Positions 51,510 through 61,585 of a DNA stretch of 64,000 bases are shown piece after piece. This DNA comes from an uncultured Chloroflexia bacterium. Lineage in GTDB: Bacteria > Chloroflexota > Limnocylindria > Limnocylindrales > CSP1-4. Both the position numbers and the translations under genes were made by a program. Each line of letters begins with the position of its first letter. The stretch's first letter is position 1. The stretch spans positions 56,635-120,634 of the forward strand of contig CAWIFB010000056.1 of NCBI GenBank assembly GCA_963835335.1, written 5' to 3'. The notes beneath the pieces were generated by a model. It searched no databases. It saw only the letters and a list, made by a program, of their open reading frames with translations, and was not told where the DNA came from.

Positions 51510-52393
51510 CTACCAACCGCGGACCGCGAGCCGCTCCTGCTCCGGAATGGCTTCCATGGCGAGCCCGCGCATCGGCGCTCCGAGGCCCTTCGAGACCTCG
51601 GCGATGATCTTGGCGTCCTGGTAATGGGTGGTCGCCTGGACGATGGCGTTGGCCATTCGCGCCGGATCCTCGCTCTTGAAGATCCCGGATCCCACGAACA
51701 CGCCCTCCGCGCCCAGCTGCATGACCAGCGCGGCGTCCGACGGCGTGCTGATGCCGCCGGCGACGAAGTTGACGACCGGCAGCTTGCCCGCCGCGGCGAC
51801 CTCCCGGACCAGCTCGTATGGCGCCTGGAGCTCCTTCGCGGCGACGAACAGCTCGTCCTCGCGCATGCCCTGGAGCCGGCGGATCCCGGCCAGCACGTCG
51901 CGCAGCTGCCGCACCGCCTCGACGATGTTGCCCGTCCCGGCCTCGCCCTTGGTGCGCATCATCGCCGCGCCCTCGTTGATCCGGCGCAGCGCCTCGCCGA
52001 GGTTCCGGCAGCCGCACACGAACGGCACCTTGAATGCGTGCTTGTCGATGTGGTTGGTCTCGTCGGCCGGCGTCAGGACCTCGGACTCGTCGATGTAGTC
52101 CACGCCGAGCGCCTCGAGCACCTGCGCCTCGACGAAGTGGCCGATCCGGGCCTTGGCCATGACCGGGATGGTGACCGCGTCCATGATCCCGACGATCATC
52201 TCGGGATCCGACATCCGGGCGACGCCACCGGCGGCGCGAATGTCGGCGGGACGCGCTCCAGCGCCATCACGGCGACGGCGCCGGCATCCTCGGCGATCTT
52301 GGCCTGCTCCGGGGTGACGACGTCCATGATGACGCCGCCCTTGAGCATCTGGGCGAGGCCCTTCCGTGTGGCCCAGGTGGAGGTTTCGGTCAT
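51510..52393 (-). CDS. pdxS: PLP synthase subunit (apparent 1-nt deletion at 52248-52250)
   Basis: [19 protein letters not shown] in one frame; [24 protein letters not shown] in the next. Confidence 0.95.
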
Positions 52394-52517
52394 GAGGGTC
52401 AGGCTCCGAGAGGACGCGTGAGTGGTCGGCCGGCCAGCTTGCCCCGGGGTCGTCGCCCGTTCGAGGTGGTTCGGCCCGACGTCACCGCCGGATTATCGCA
52501 TGAGGACCGGGAATGCC

Positions 52518-53261
52518 CTAGCGAACCAGGGTACGGACGACGCCCGACATCAGCGTGGTCGCGCGGCGCGCGGACGTGGGCGACAGGCGGCTGAGCGCCT
52601 CGACCAGCCCCAGCACGTCGTCGTCCGGGAGCCCGTCGAGCAGCTTCACGAGGCGCATCACGGTGTCGTCGGGCACCTCGCCCAGCAGCCGCAACGCGCG
52701 CTCCAGCTCGGTGGGCTCGAGGCGCGACACGAGACCGACCGCGCGGTCGAACAGCCGGACGAACACGAGGAACGTCGACAGCCAGTCGCGGAGGCGGATG
52801 AGGTCCCGATCGCCGGGGTGCTGCATCAGGGCGACGCCCGCGTCTGCGAGCGTGGCCTCGAGGACCACGATGATCGGGTCTCCCTCGCGGACCTTGCGCT
52901 CTGCGACGACGCGGCCGAACCAGCGCCAGTGGTCACCGACGGCCATGTAGGCGGTGCCCGCCGGGCCGCGCCTGCCGACGCGGCGCAGCTCCGGGACGCG
53001 CTCCACGAGACCCCACGCCTCGGCCTCGGCGAGGGCCAGGCTCGCCGCGCGATGGCTCAGGTTGAGCGCCTCGCGCACCTCGCGCTCCGTCAGCGGTCCG
53101 CCGCGTGCCATCAGGTAGGCGTGGACGCGCGCGATCGCGGGCGCGACACCCCAGGCGGCTCCCATCTCACCCCACGCGTCCGCGAGGCGGAGCCGGATCT
53201 CCTCGGCCATGGGCGAGGCCGGGGGGCGGTCGGATTCGAGCATGGGAGCGGCGTCGGTCAC
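52518..53261 (-). CDS. GbsR/MarR-like transcriptional regulator
   Basis: WGEMGAAWG..ARVHAYL..PLTERE..LNLS..WGLVER winged-helix pattern. Confidence 0.8.
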   Translation of the reverse strand: MTDAAPMLESDRPPASPMAEEIRLRLADAWGEMGAAWGVAPAIARVHAYLMARGGPLTEREVREALNLSHRAASLALAEAEAWGLVERVPELRRVGRRGPAGTAYMAVGDHWRWFGRVVAERKVREGDPIIVVLEATLADAGVALMQHPGDRDLIRLRDWLSTFLVFVRLFDRAVGLVSRLEPTELERALRLLGEVPDDTVMRLVKLLDGLPDDDVLGLVEALSRLSPTSARRATTLMSGVVRTLVR

Positions 53262-53372
53262 GTCGGCATGCTACTCCGCTTCGAAAACCTGCACCTGCAG
53301 GCTAGCCGATTTCCGGGACGCCGGCGCAGGCGATGCCGGCGGCCGACGCGGCGCTGGACTAGCATCTCGTGA

Positions 53373-54638
53373 GTGACCGAGGCAATGCACGACATCGCCG
53401 CGCGGGGGTTCGACGCTGCCGCGGACGCGTACGAGCGCGCGCGACCCCCGTACCCTGCGCATGCCGTCGCAACGATCGTCGACCGGCTGGACCTTCGTCC
53501 CGGACGGACGGTCCTGGAGCTGGGAGCCGGGACCGGCAAGCTGACCCGGCTGCTGGTTCCGAGCGGTGCGCGGGTCCTGGCGCTCGAGCCGGTCGAGGCG
53601 ATGCGCGCGAAGCTGGCGGCGGCCGCCCCCGGCGTGGAGCTCATCGAGGGCACTGCCGAGTCGATCCCGCTCGGATCGTCCTCTGTCGATGCCGTCGTCG
53701 TCGCCCAGGCGTTCCACTGGTTCGACGCGATCCGCGCGCTGTCGGAGATCCACCGGGTCCTGCGGCCCGGCGGCCGGCTGCTGCTGGCCTGGAACTTCCG
53801 CGACGAGACCGTGCCCTGGGTGAAGGAGCTGGGCGACCTCACCCACCGCCTGATCCGGGACGAACCCCAGGCATGGCATCGCACGTGGCGTGACGCCCTG
53901 GCCCGGTGCGCGTTGTTCCCCGCCTTCGACGTGGCGATGTTCAGGCACGTGCACGCGCTGACACCCGAGGCAGTCGTAGACCGCGTTGCCTCGGTCAGCT
54001 ACATCGCGGCCGCGGAGCCCGGGGCACGAGCCGGAATCCTGGCCGAGGTGGCGACCCTCCTGGCCCGGGATCCGGCCACCGCCGGCCAGGCGACGGTCGA
54101 CCTGCCGTACACGACCGAGGTCATGTGGGCAGAGCGACGATCCCCCGCACCATCGACGACGGGGATCGTGGCTTCGGTCAACATGAGCCGGGGCGGGGTG
54201 CCCAAGCCACCGGTGGATGGCACGCGGATCGTCCGGCTGGGCCTCGAGGGCGACGGGCACAACGCACCGGAGCCTGTTCACGGCGGCCCCGATCAGGCCG
54301 TGTCGGTCTACTCGCAGGAGGCGATCGAGCGCGTGCGCGCCGACGGGCACGCGGCATTCCCCGGCGCGTACGGCGAGAACCTGACCCTGCTGGGGATCGA
54401 CTGGTCGCTGCTCCACGGCGGCGATCGGCTGGTCATCGGCGGGGACGAGGATGGGGTGATGCTCGAGCTGACCGAGCACGCGGCACCGTGCCAGACGATC
54501 GCCCACTGGTTCGTCGATCGGCGGATCGGGCGGATCAGCCCCACGGCGCATCCGGAGGATGCCCGCTGGTACGCCCGCGTGCTCCGCGAGGGGCCGGTCG
54601 CGCCGGGAATGGCGGTCCGGGTCGCCACACCCGGCTGA
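53373..54638 (+). CDS. Class I SAM methyltransferase-MOSC domain fusion
   Basis: YERARPPYP, LELGAGTGK, AQAFHWF, LRPGG; then GVPK, GLEGD, HGGPDQAV, GENL, PC, WYARVLREG. Confidence 0.88.
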   Translation: MTEAMHDIAARGFDAAADAYERARPPYPAHAVATIVDRLDLRPGRTVLELGAGTGKLTRLLVPSGARVLALEPVEAMRAKLAAAAPGVELIEGTAESIPLGSSSVDAVVVAQAFHWFDAIRALSEIHRVLRPGGRLLLAWNFRDETVPWVKELGDLTHRLIRDEPQAWHRTWRDALARCALFPAFDVAMFRHVHALTPEAVVDRVASVSYIAAAEPGARAGILAEVATLLARDPATAGQATVDLPYTTEVMWAERRSPAPSTTGIVASVNMSRGGVPKPPVDGTRIVRLGLEGDGHNAPEPVHGGPDQAVSVYSQEAIERVRADGHAAFPGAYGENLTLLGIDWSLLHGGDRLVIGGDEDGVMLELTEHAAPCQTIAHWFVDRRIGRISPTAHPEDARWYARVLREGPVAPGMAVRVATPG

Positions 54639-54715
54639 CCGCACGAGCGGACGCTGGCCGTGGCGCCACGCCGGCGCGCATCGCGCTACGCTTCCGCCAG
54701 CAATCCGGAGGAATG

Positions 54716-54916
54716 ATGGCCAACAACGCCAAGGCCGGCGACCCCGCCCCGGCGATGACACGCGAACAGCTCCTCGAGCAGCATGCCGAGGCTCGCGCAC
54801 GCAGGAACCGCGCTCCGCTGGGCGGTCCCGAGTGGGCGGCCGCGAGCGCCGACGTGGGTCGGATCGAGGTCGAGATCGCGCGCGTCGAGCGCGCCATGAA
54901 CCCGCCCCGGGGTTGA
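54716..54916 (+). CDS. Small hypothetical helical protein
   Basis: GGAGG upstream; MANNAK..EVEIARVERAMNPPRG. Confidence 0.7.
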   Translation: MANNAKAGDPAPAMTREQLLEQHAEARARRNRAPLGGPEWAAASADVGRIEVEIARVERAMNPPRG

Positions 54917-54989
54917 CGAGGAGGCAGCCGCCAAGACCTCGGTTTCGAGCCCCGCTGCCTCTCCCGACCGTCCTGCTATCGTTCGGCCG

Positions 54990-55505
54990 ATGGACGGCGT
55001 CGTGCTCGTGCTGAACCAGAACTACGAGCCGCTGAACGTCTGCAACATCCCGCGGGCGTTCCGGCTGCTCTTCGGCTTCAAGGCCGAGGTGATCGAGTAC
55101 AACCATGCCGAGATCCGGACCGTGCGCGAGGTCTACAAGGCGCCCTCGGTCATCCGGCTCCAGCACCACATCCGGCGGCCGCGACCGAGGGTCAAGCTGA
55201 CCCGGCGCGAGATCTTCGCCCGCGACCGGCACACCTGCCAGTACTGCGGCCGCCAGGCGCACGACCTGACCCTGGACCACGTGATGCCCCGGCACCGCGG
55301 CGGCGCGCACTCGTGGGACAACCTCGTCGCCGCATGCAAGGCGTGCAACCACCGGAAGGGCGGGCGGACCCCCGAGGAGGCCCGGCTCAGGCTCGTGCGC
55401 CTGCCGTTCGAGCCGCGCAGCGACCTCTACTCGCTGTTCACGCCCTATCTCGACGACGATCGGAACGAGGCCTGGCGGACGTACCTCTTCCTCGGCCGAA
55501 GCTGA
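54990..55505 (+). CDS. HNH endonuclease family protein
   Basis: VLVLNQNYEPL, PSVIRL, RDRHTCQYC, DHVMP, WDNLVAACKACN. Confidence 0.93.
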   Translation: MDGVVLVLNQNYEPLNVCNIPRAFRLLFGFKAEVIEYNHAEIRTVREVYKAPSVIRLQHHIRRPRPRVKLTRREIFARDRHTCQYCGRQAHDLTLDHVMPRHRGGAHSWDNLVAACKACNHRKGGRTPEEARLRLVRLPFEPRSDLYSLFTPYLDDDRNEAWRTYLFLGRS

Positions 55506-55513
55506 GGGTTCGG

Positions 55514-56893
55514 GTGACCGCCCCGGACGACGCCGGCGAGCGGCTTGCGAGGGCCATGCCGCCCGCGGTCATCGGGATCATCGAGGACCTGCATGCAGCC
55601 GGGCACGCGGCGTACGTCGTCGGCGGATCGCTGCGCGACGCGCTGCTCGGACGTGCACCTGCCGACTGGGACATGGCCACCGACGCCCGCCCGGATCGGA
55701 TCGTCGCCCTGTTCCCCGGGGCGGTGTACGAGAACCGGTTCGGCACGGTCGCGGTGCGCCGGGACGACGACGTCTACGAGATCACGACGTTCCGCACCGA
55801 GCACGACTATGCCGACTTCCGGCGGCCGCACCGGGTGGAGTTCGGGGACGACATCGAGATGGACCTCGCCAGGCGCGACTTCACCGTCAATGCGCTCGCC
55901 TGGGGCCGTGGCCCGGCCGACGACGGGCCGAACCAGCTCGTCGACCCGTTCGAGGGGCGGGCGGACCTGGCCACTCGGGCGATCCGGGCGGTCGGCGATC
56001 CCGACGCACGGTTCCGTGAGGATGCGCTGCGCATGGTCCGGGCGGTCCGCCTCGCGGCGTCGCTCGGCTTCGAGATCGAGCCCCGGACGCTGTCGGCGAT
56101 CCGGGCCAATGCCGGCCTCGTCGCCCACCTGTCCGGTGAGCGCGTGGGCGCCGAGCTGGGCAGGCTGCTGGCCACCCCCGTCCCGTCAATCGGCCTTCGC
56201 CTCCTGCTCGAGACGGGGCTGCTGGCCGTCATCTCGCCCGACCTCGCAAGGCAGCCCGGCATCCCCCAGAACAAGGTCCCCGGCGAGGACCTGTGGGACC
56301 ACACGCTGCGGGCCGTCGACGCCGCACCAGCGGACCGGCCGATCGTCCGGCTCGCGGCGCTGCTCCACGACATCGGCAAGCCATCCACGCTCGCCGACGG
56401 ACATTTCCACCACCACGACGCCGTCGGCGCGCGGCTTGCGGAGGGCCTGCTCCGGAAGCTCCGGGTCCCGCGTGCGGCCATGGACGAGATCGTGCACCTC
56501 GTCCGGCAGCACATGTTCACGGTCGACCCGGAAGCGTCGGACTACGCGGTTCGCCGCTTCATCAAGCGGATCGGCCGCGACAACATCGATGCCCTGTTCG
56601 CCCTCCGCCACGCGGACGACATCGGCAGCGGCGTGCCTGCGAACGATCCCGGCCTGGCCGCGTTCCGGGCCCGCATCGACGCGGAGCTCACGGCCCGGGT
56701 CGTGCTCGATCGGCACGCCCTCGCGGTCGACGGCAGCGACCTGATGCGGGAGCTGGGCCTGCAACCCGGTCCGCGGCTGGGCGGGGTCCTCGAGGCGCTC
56801 CTCGACCGCGTGATCGAGGACCCGGGGCTCAACGATCGCGCGACGCTGATGCTGCTCGCACAGGGCATGCTTGCGGACATGGGTGACGCGTGA
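55514..56893 (+). CDS. cca: Class II tRNA nucleotidyltransferase (CCA-adding) with HD domain
   Basis: VGGSLRD, DWD, EITTFR, DLARRDFTVNA, EDALR, LLHDIGK. Confidence 0.92.
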   Translation: MTAPDDAGERLARAMPPAVIGIIEDLHAAGHAAYVVGGSLRDALLGRAPADWDMATDARPDRIVALFPGAVYENRFGTVAVRRDDDVYEITTFRTEHDYADFRRPHRVEFGDDIEMDLARRDFTVNALAWGRGPADDGPNQLVDPFEGRADLATRAIRAVGDPDARFREDALRMVRAVRLAASLGFEIEPRTLSAIRANAGLVAHLSGERVGAELGRLLATPVPSIGLRLLLETGLLAVISPDLARQPGIPQNKVPGEDLWDHTLRAVDAAPADRPIVRLAALLHDIGKPSTLADGHFHHHDAVGARLAEGLLRKLRVPRAAMDEIVHLVRQHMFTVDPEASDYAVRRFIKRIGRDNIDALFALRHADDIGSGVPANDPGLAAFRARIDAELTARVVLDRHALAVDGSDLMRELGLQPGPRLGGVLEALLDRVIEDPGLNDRATLMLLAQGMLADMGDA

Positions 56894-57507
56894 TCGAGCT
56901 GCTGCTGCAGGCCGAGCGGGCGCTGGCCCTCGGTCTGGTGGACCAGGCGGAGCGCCTGTACCGCCAGGCGATCGCCGCCGATCCGCGCAACTCGATCGCC
57001 GTGGTCGGGCTGGCCCGGGTCGCGCTCGAGCATTCGGACGACGCCGAGGCCTACCGGCGCGCGCGGCAGGCCCTGCAGATCGATCCCGAGAACGTCGCCG
57101 CGAACCGGCTCGTTCGCCGGCTCGAGGAGGTCCACCCGCAACGCGCGAGCCCGGGAGCGCCCGCGGCGATGATCGTCCCTGCGCAGACGAGCTCGCCGGC
57201 TCCGGCGGCGTCCCCCACGGCGGTGCCTGCGCCCGAAACCGCGCCCGAAGCCGGCGCCCGAAGCGTCGCCAGAAGCGGCGCCCGAAGCGGCGCCGGAGCC
57301 CACGCCGGCGCACGTGCCCGAACCGGCGCCGGCGCCCGTGCCCGAGCGGCCCGTGCCCGCGCCCGAGCCCGAGCCTGAGGCCCACGCGTCGTCGAACCGC
57401 CCGCCACGCCACGGCCGTGGGCCGTTTCCGAGCACGAGATCGAGCCACCGCGGCCGGCGCGCCGCCGGTCCCTGCTCGACCGGCTCCTACGGAGGAATCG
57501 CACATGA
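56890..57507 (+). CDS. TPR protein with Pro/Glu-rich linker (two compensating apparent indels)
   Basis: Two TPRs; the APEA/PE repeat reads in a shifted frame from about 57251 to 57388; the original frame resumes as VVEPP..RRSLLDRLLRRNRT*, overlapping the galE ATG. Confidence 0.7.
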
Positions 57508-58514
57508 AGGTCCTGGTCACCGGTGGTGCGGGCTACGTCGGCGGCGTGTCCGTCGACACGATCCTGGCCGCGGGTCACGGCGTCGTCGTCCTCGACGACC
57601 TGACCACCGGCCACGCGGCCAGCGTCCACCCCGACGCCCGGACGGTCGTCGGCTCCTACGCGGACGAGGACGCCACGCGGACGCTGCTGGAGTCGGAGGG
57701 CATCGATGCCATCCTCCACTGCGCCGCGCGCTCCCTGGTCGGCGAGAGCGTCGCGGACCCCGCGAAGTACTACCGCGACAATGTGGCCGGCGGCGTCGCG
57801 CTGCTCGAAGCCGCCCGTGCCGTCGGGGTGCGCCGGATCGTGTTCTCGTCGACCGCCGCCGTCTACGGCATCCCCGATGCGACGCCCATCCCGGAGGACG
57901 CGCCGCTCCGGCCGATCAACACCTACGGCGAGACCAAGCGGACGTTCGAGGGGGCGCTGCACTGGTACGGGCAGGCGTACGGCATGCGCAGCGTGATCCT
58001 CCGCTACTTCAACGTCGCCGGCGCCACGGAGCGACTCGGTGAGGTCCACCGGCCGGAGACGCACCTGATCCCGAACCTGCTCCTGGCCGCGGAGGGAGGG
58101 CCGCCGCTCACGCTGTACGGGGACGACTACCCCACGCCCGACGGCACGCCGATCCGCGACTACATCCACGTCGCGGACCTGGCGGACGCGCACCTCGCCG
58201 CCCTCGAGGCCACGTCGCCCGCGGACTCGAGGACCGGACCCGGGTCCGGTCCGACGGCGCCCATGATCGCGAACCTCGGCACATCGACCGGGTTCTCGGT
58301 GCTCGAGGTGATGCGGGCGGCGGAGACCGTCGTTGGCGCCGCCATCCCGCACACGATCGGGCCCAGGCGCGCGGGGGATCCGCCCGCCCTGGTCGCCTCG
58401 AGCGAGCGGGCGCGGCGGGACCTCGGCTGGATGCCGGGACGGTCGACCCTCGAGGCGATGATCGGGTCAGCGTGGGCGTGGCGGCGGGCGCACCCGGCGG
58501 GCTACGGGGACTGA
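57504..58514 (+). CDS. galE: UDP-glucose 4-epimerase
   Basis: MKVLVTGGAGYVG, VGES, FSSTAAVYG, LRYFN, RDYIHV. Confidence 0.95.
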   Translation: MKVLVTGGAGYVGGVSVDTILAAGHGVVVLDDLTTGHAASVHPDARTVVGSYADEDATRTLLESEGIDAILHCAARSLVGESVADPAKYYRDNVAGGVALLEAARAVGVRRIVFSSTAAVYGIPDATPIPEDAPLRPINTYGETKRTFEGALHWYGQAYGMRSVILRYFNVAGATERLGEVHRPETHLIPNLLLAAEGGPPLTLYGDDYPTPDGTPIRDYIHVADLADAHLAALEATSPADSRTGPGSGPTAPMIANLGTSTGFSVLEVMRAAETVVGAAIPHTIGPRRAGDPPALVASSERARRDLGWMPGRSTLEAMIGSAWAWRRAHPAGYGD

Positions 58515-58542
58515 GCGCGGCCCGGATGCGCCAGGCCGATCG

Positions 58543-59952
58543 TCAGCGGCGGTCCTCGAGCGGCGCGCGGTCCGGCGCGAGGCGCGGCGGTGGCGCCTCG
58601 GCGCCGTCGGACGAGACCTCGCCGGAGCCGATCCACCGGTCGCTCACCGGCCACACCAGCCACAGGCCGACGAGCATGGTCACGATCAGGCTCAGGATCG
58701 CGACCTGGTATGCGGCGACCCCGATCGACCCGAGCAGCAGGAACACGATCGCGCCGTACAGCAGCTGGCCGATGACCTGCGAGGCCTTGCCGACCAGCCC
58801 GTAGACCCCGAAGAACTCGCCCACCCGGTTGGGTGGCGACAGCCGGACCATGAACACCCGGTCGGCAACCTGCACCCCGCCCAGACCGGAGCCGAGGATC
58901 GCTCCGGCGACCAGGAACAGGGCCATCCCGGCGGTCGACGGCGTGGGGCCACCGGTGCCCGGGTCCGTGCCGTTGAGCGACAGCGACAGCGCGCCCAGCA
59001 CGAGGCCGACGGCCCAGCTCACGAGCACCGTGATCAGCGTCTGCCGGGGCCCGACCCGATCGGCCAGCCAGCCCCACACGAAGGACATCACGATCGCGAC
59101 CAGCGTCAGCGACAGCAGGATCAGGTTGGCCTGCGCCGCTGTCAGCCCGACGGCCTCGACGGACACGACGGTCATGACCACGATCACGGTGTTGACCGCA
59201 TCGGAGTAGAAGAACCGCCCGACCAGGAACCGCGGCAGCCCCGGCACGGCCCGGGCGTGGGCGATCGTCGTCTCGAGCTGGCGCCACGAGGCGAGCGCGT
59301 CGGCGACGGTCAGCCGCGGGGCCGACGGGTCGCGGTGCTCGCGGACGACCACGAACACGGGGATCGCGAACAGCGCGAACAGCACGGCCGAGAGCGGGAA
59401 GCGGACCTCGACCGGCACGTCGAACAGGAAGATCGCGAGACCGACGAAGACCGTGCCGCAGTAGCCGACCCCGGTGCCGATTCCGCTCAGCCGCCCGCGG
59501 GTGGCGGGCGTGCTCACCAGCTTGATCGAGGCGTCGTAGTAGATGAGCGCGGCCTGGTAGCCGAAGTTGGCCAGCACGAACAGCAGCACGCCCACCAGCG
59601 GACCGCTCAGCCCGATGATCGCCGTCGGCCCGACGCACAGCGCGGTGAACGCGAGCAGGAACGGCAGCCGGCGGCCACCCCGGTCGGACAGCGCGCCGAG
59701 GACCGGCGACACGATCGCGTTGAACCCGACGCTGACCGCGATCGCGACGCTCAGGACGAGCTGCCCGCTCGCCGCACCGAAGCGGGCGTCGTCGGTCAGC
59801 CACAGACCGATCGCGCCGGACACGATCGCGAACGAGAAGATCGTGTTCGCGAAGTCGTACAGGACCCACGACGCCTGCGCGGCGGGCCGGAGGTTCGGGT
59901 CACGCGCGCTGGCGGCCGTGGGCACGGCCGCGGGGACGGATGGGGCCGACAT
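58543..59952 (-). CDS. MFS transporter (UMF1/Atg22-like)
   Basis: WVLYDFANT, PVLGALSDRGGRR, EFFGVY; about 12 TM segments. Confidence 0.88.
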   Translation of the reverse strand: MSAPSVPAAVPTAASARDPNLRPAAQASWVLYDFANTIFSFAIVSGAIGLWLTDDARFGAASGQLVLSVAIAVSVGFNAIVSPVLGALSDRGGRRLPFLLAFTALCVGPTAIIGLSGPLVGVLLFVLANFGYQAALIYYDASIKLVSTPATRGRLSGIGTGVGYCGTVFVGLAIFLFDVPVEVRFPLSAVLFALFAIPVFVVVREHRDPSAPRLTVADALASWRQLETTIAHARAVPGLPRFLVGRFFYSDAVNTVIVVMTVVSVEAVGLTAAQANLILLSLTLVAIVMSFVWGWLADRVGPRQTLITVLVSWAVGLVLGALSLSLNGTDPGTGGPTPSTAGMALFLVAGAILGSGLGGVQVADRVFMVRLSPPNRVGEFFGVYGLVGKASQVIGQLLYGAIVFLLLGSIGVAAYQVAILSLIVTMLVGLWLVWPVSDRWIGSGEVSSDGAEAPPPRLAPDRAPLEDRR

Positions 59953-60133
59953 GGGCGCCTCGCGGGTTGGCTCGGGTGACGGTCGCAGGGTGGCAGGATC
60001 ATAGTCCGCGGCCATGCCGCGGATCGCGCCGCTTCGTGCCGGCCGGCGATCAGCGGACGGTCGCGCGCACCTGTCGTGCGTGCCCACGGGTCCCGGGGTG
60101 CCGGACGGTTCCGCCCGGTGGTAGGGTGAGCCC

Positions 60134-61564
60134 GTGCCCGCGACGACCCTGACGCCCGCGATCCGCGAAGAGATCGCCCGGCTCGGCCGCGCCGACATCA
60201 TGGTCGGCATCCCGAGCTTCAAGAACGCCGCGACGATCGGCTATGTCGTGCGGGCGGCCCATGCCGGGCTCGTCCAGTACTTCCCGGACCTCAAGCCGGT
60301 GCTGGTGAACTCCGATGCCGGCAGCCCGGACGGCACCCAGCGCGTCGTCGTGGACACCGAGCCGCCGGACTACGTCGAATCGATCCTGCTCGTCCGGCCG
60401 ACCAACCGTCTCGACCGGGTGACGCTGACCTACCCGGAGATCGACGGCATCGGCGGCAAGGGCGCGGCGCTGCGCACGATCTTCGAGATCGCGGCCGCGC
60501 TCGAGGTCCAGGCGCTGGTCGTCGTCGACAGCGACCTGCGCAGCATCGTCCCCGAATGGATCGAGCTGCTGGCGGGTCCGATCCTCAAGGGCGGCTACGA
60601 CTTCGTCGCCCCGCTGTACTCGCGCTACAAGTACGACGGGACGATCACCAACACCGTCACGTACCCGCTGACGCGGGCGCTCTACGGCCACCGCATCCGC
60701 CAGCCGATCGGCGGCGACTTCGGGGTCAGCGGCGACCTCGTCCGCCACTACCTCGAGCTCGACGACTGGACCGAGGACATCAGCAAGTTCGGCATCGACA
60801 TCTGGATGACCACGTCCGCCGTGTCGGGCGGATACGCGGTGTGCCAGACGCGGCTGGGTGCCAAGATCCACGACCCCAAGGATCCCGGCGCCGACCTGGG
60901 CCCGATGTTCCGGCAGGTCGTGGGCACGATCCTGAGCCTTGCGGTCCAGCATCCGGGCTCGTGGCTGGGGATCCGCGGCAGCCACGACGTTCCCGCGTAC
61001 GGCTTCGAGCGGATCATCGATCCGCCGCCGCTCGAGGTGAACTCGATCCGGCTGCTGTCCGAGTTCCACGCGGGGTCGCTGGGCGTGGTCGACACCTGGC
61101 GGGCGATGCTCGACCCGGCCAACCTGGACATGGTGCTCACCCTGGCCGCCGAGGCCGGACGCCTCGCGGACGCGGCACAGCTGCGGCTGGGCGTCGGGGG
61201 CGAGACGGACACCGCCCACCCGACCACGCTCGAGATGGCCGAGGCGCTGGCGGGCTTCCACTTCCCGGACGACCTGTGGGCCCGGGTGATCTACGACCTC
61301 GTGATCGCGACCCGGCGGGGCACCGTGGGCACCGCCCGGCTGGTCGCGGCGCTCGTCCCGATCTACTTCGGGCGCGTCGGCAGCTTCATCATCGAGAACC
61401 GCCATCTCACGACGGCCGACGCCGAAGAGGGCGTCGAGCGGCAGGCGCGCGAGTTCGAGCTGCTCAAGCCATACCTCGTCGAGCGCTGGCAGGCGCTGTC
61501 CGACGAGCTGGGTGCCGGGGAATCGGGCGGGGCAAGCCGAACGGGAACCGGACGCCGGCGCTGA
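60134..61564 (+). CDS. Glucosylglycerate/mannosylglycerate synthase-like glycosyltransferase
   Basis: VGIPSFKNAATI, GKGAAL, DSDLRS, YDGTITN, RQPIGGDFG, FGIDIWMT. Confidence 0.78.
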   Translation: MPATTLTPAIREEIARLGRADIMVGIPSFKNAATIGYVVRAAHAGLVQYFPDLKPVLVNSDAGSPDGTQRVVVDTEPPDYVESILLVRPTNRLDRVTLTYPEIDGIGGKGAALRTIFEIAAALEVQALVVVDSDLRSIVPEWIELLAGPILKGGYDFVAPLYSRYKYDGTITNTVTYPLTRALYGHRIRQPIGGDFGVSGDLVRHYLELDDWTEDISKFGIDIWMTTSAVSGGYAVCQTRLGAKIHDPKDPGADLGPMFRQVVGTILSLAVQHPGSWLGIRGSHDVPAYGFERIIDPPPLEVNSIRLLSEFHAGSLGVVDTWRAMLDPANLDMVLTLAAEAGRLADAAQLRLGVGGETDTAHPTTLEMAEALAGFHFPDDLWARVIYDLVIATRRGTVGTARLVAALVPIYFGRVGSFIIENRHLTTADAEEGVERQAREFELLKPYLVERWQALSDELGAGESGGASRTGTGRRR

Positions 61565-61585
61565 CTCGCCCGCGAGCACCGCGCG

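Noticed and set aside
52240-52255. Programmed frameshift in pdxS
   Set aside because: No slippery site; one missing base in a short homopolymer explains it, and similar breaks recur across the window.
54990-55505. HNH protein as an IscB/Cas9-like or restriction system
   Set aside because: 171 aa, no RuvC motifs, and no adjacent array or DNA methylase.
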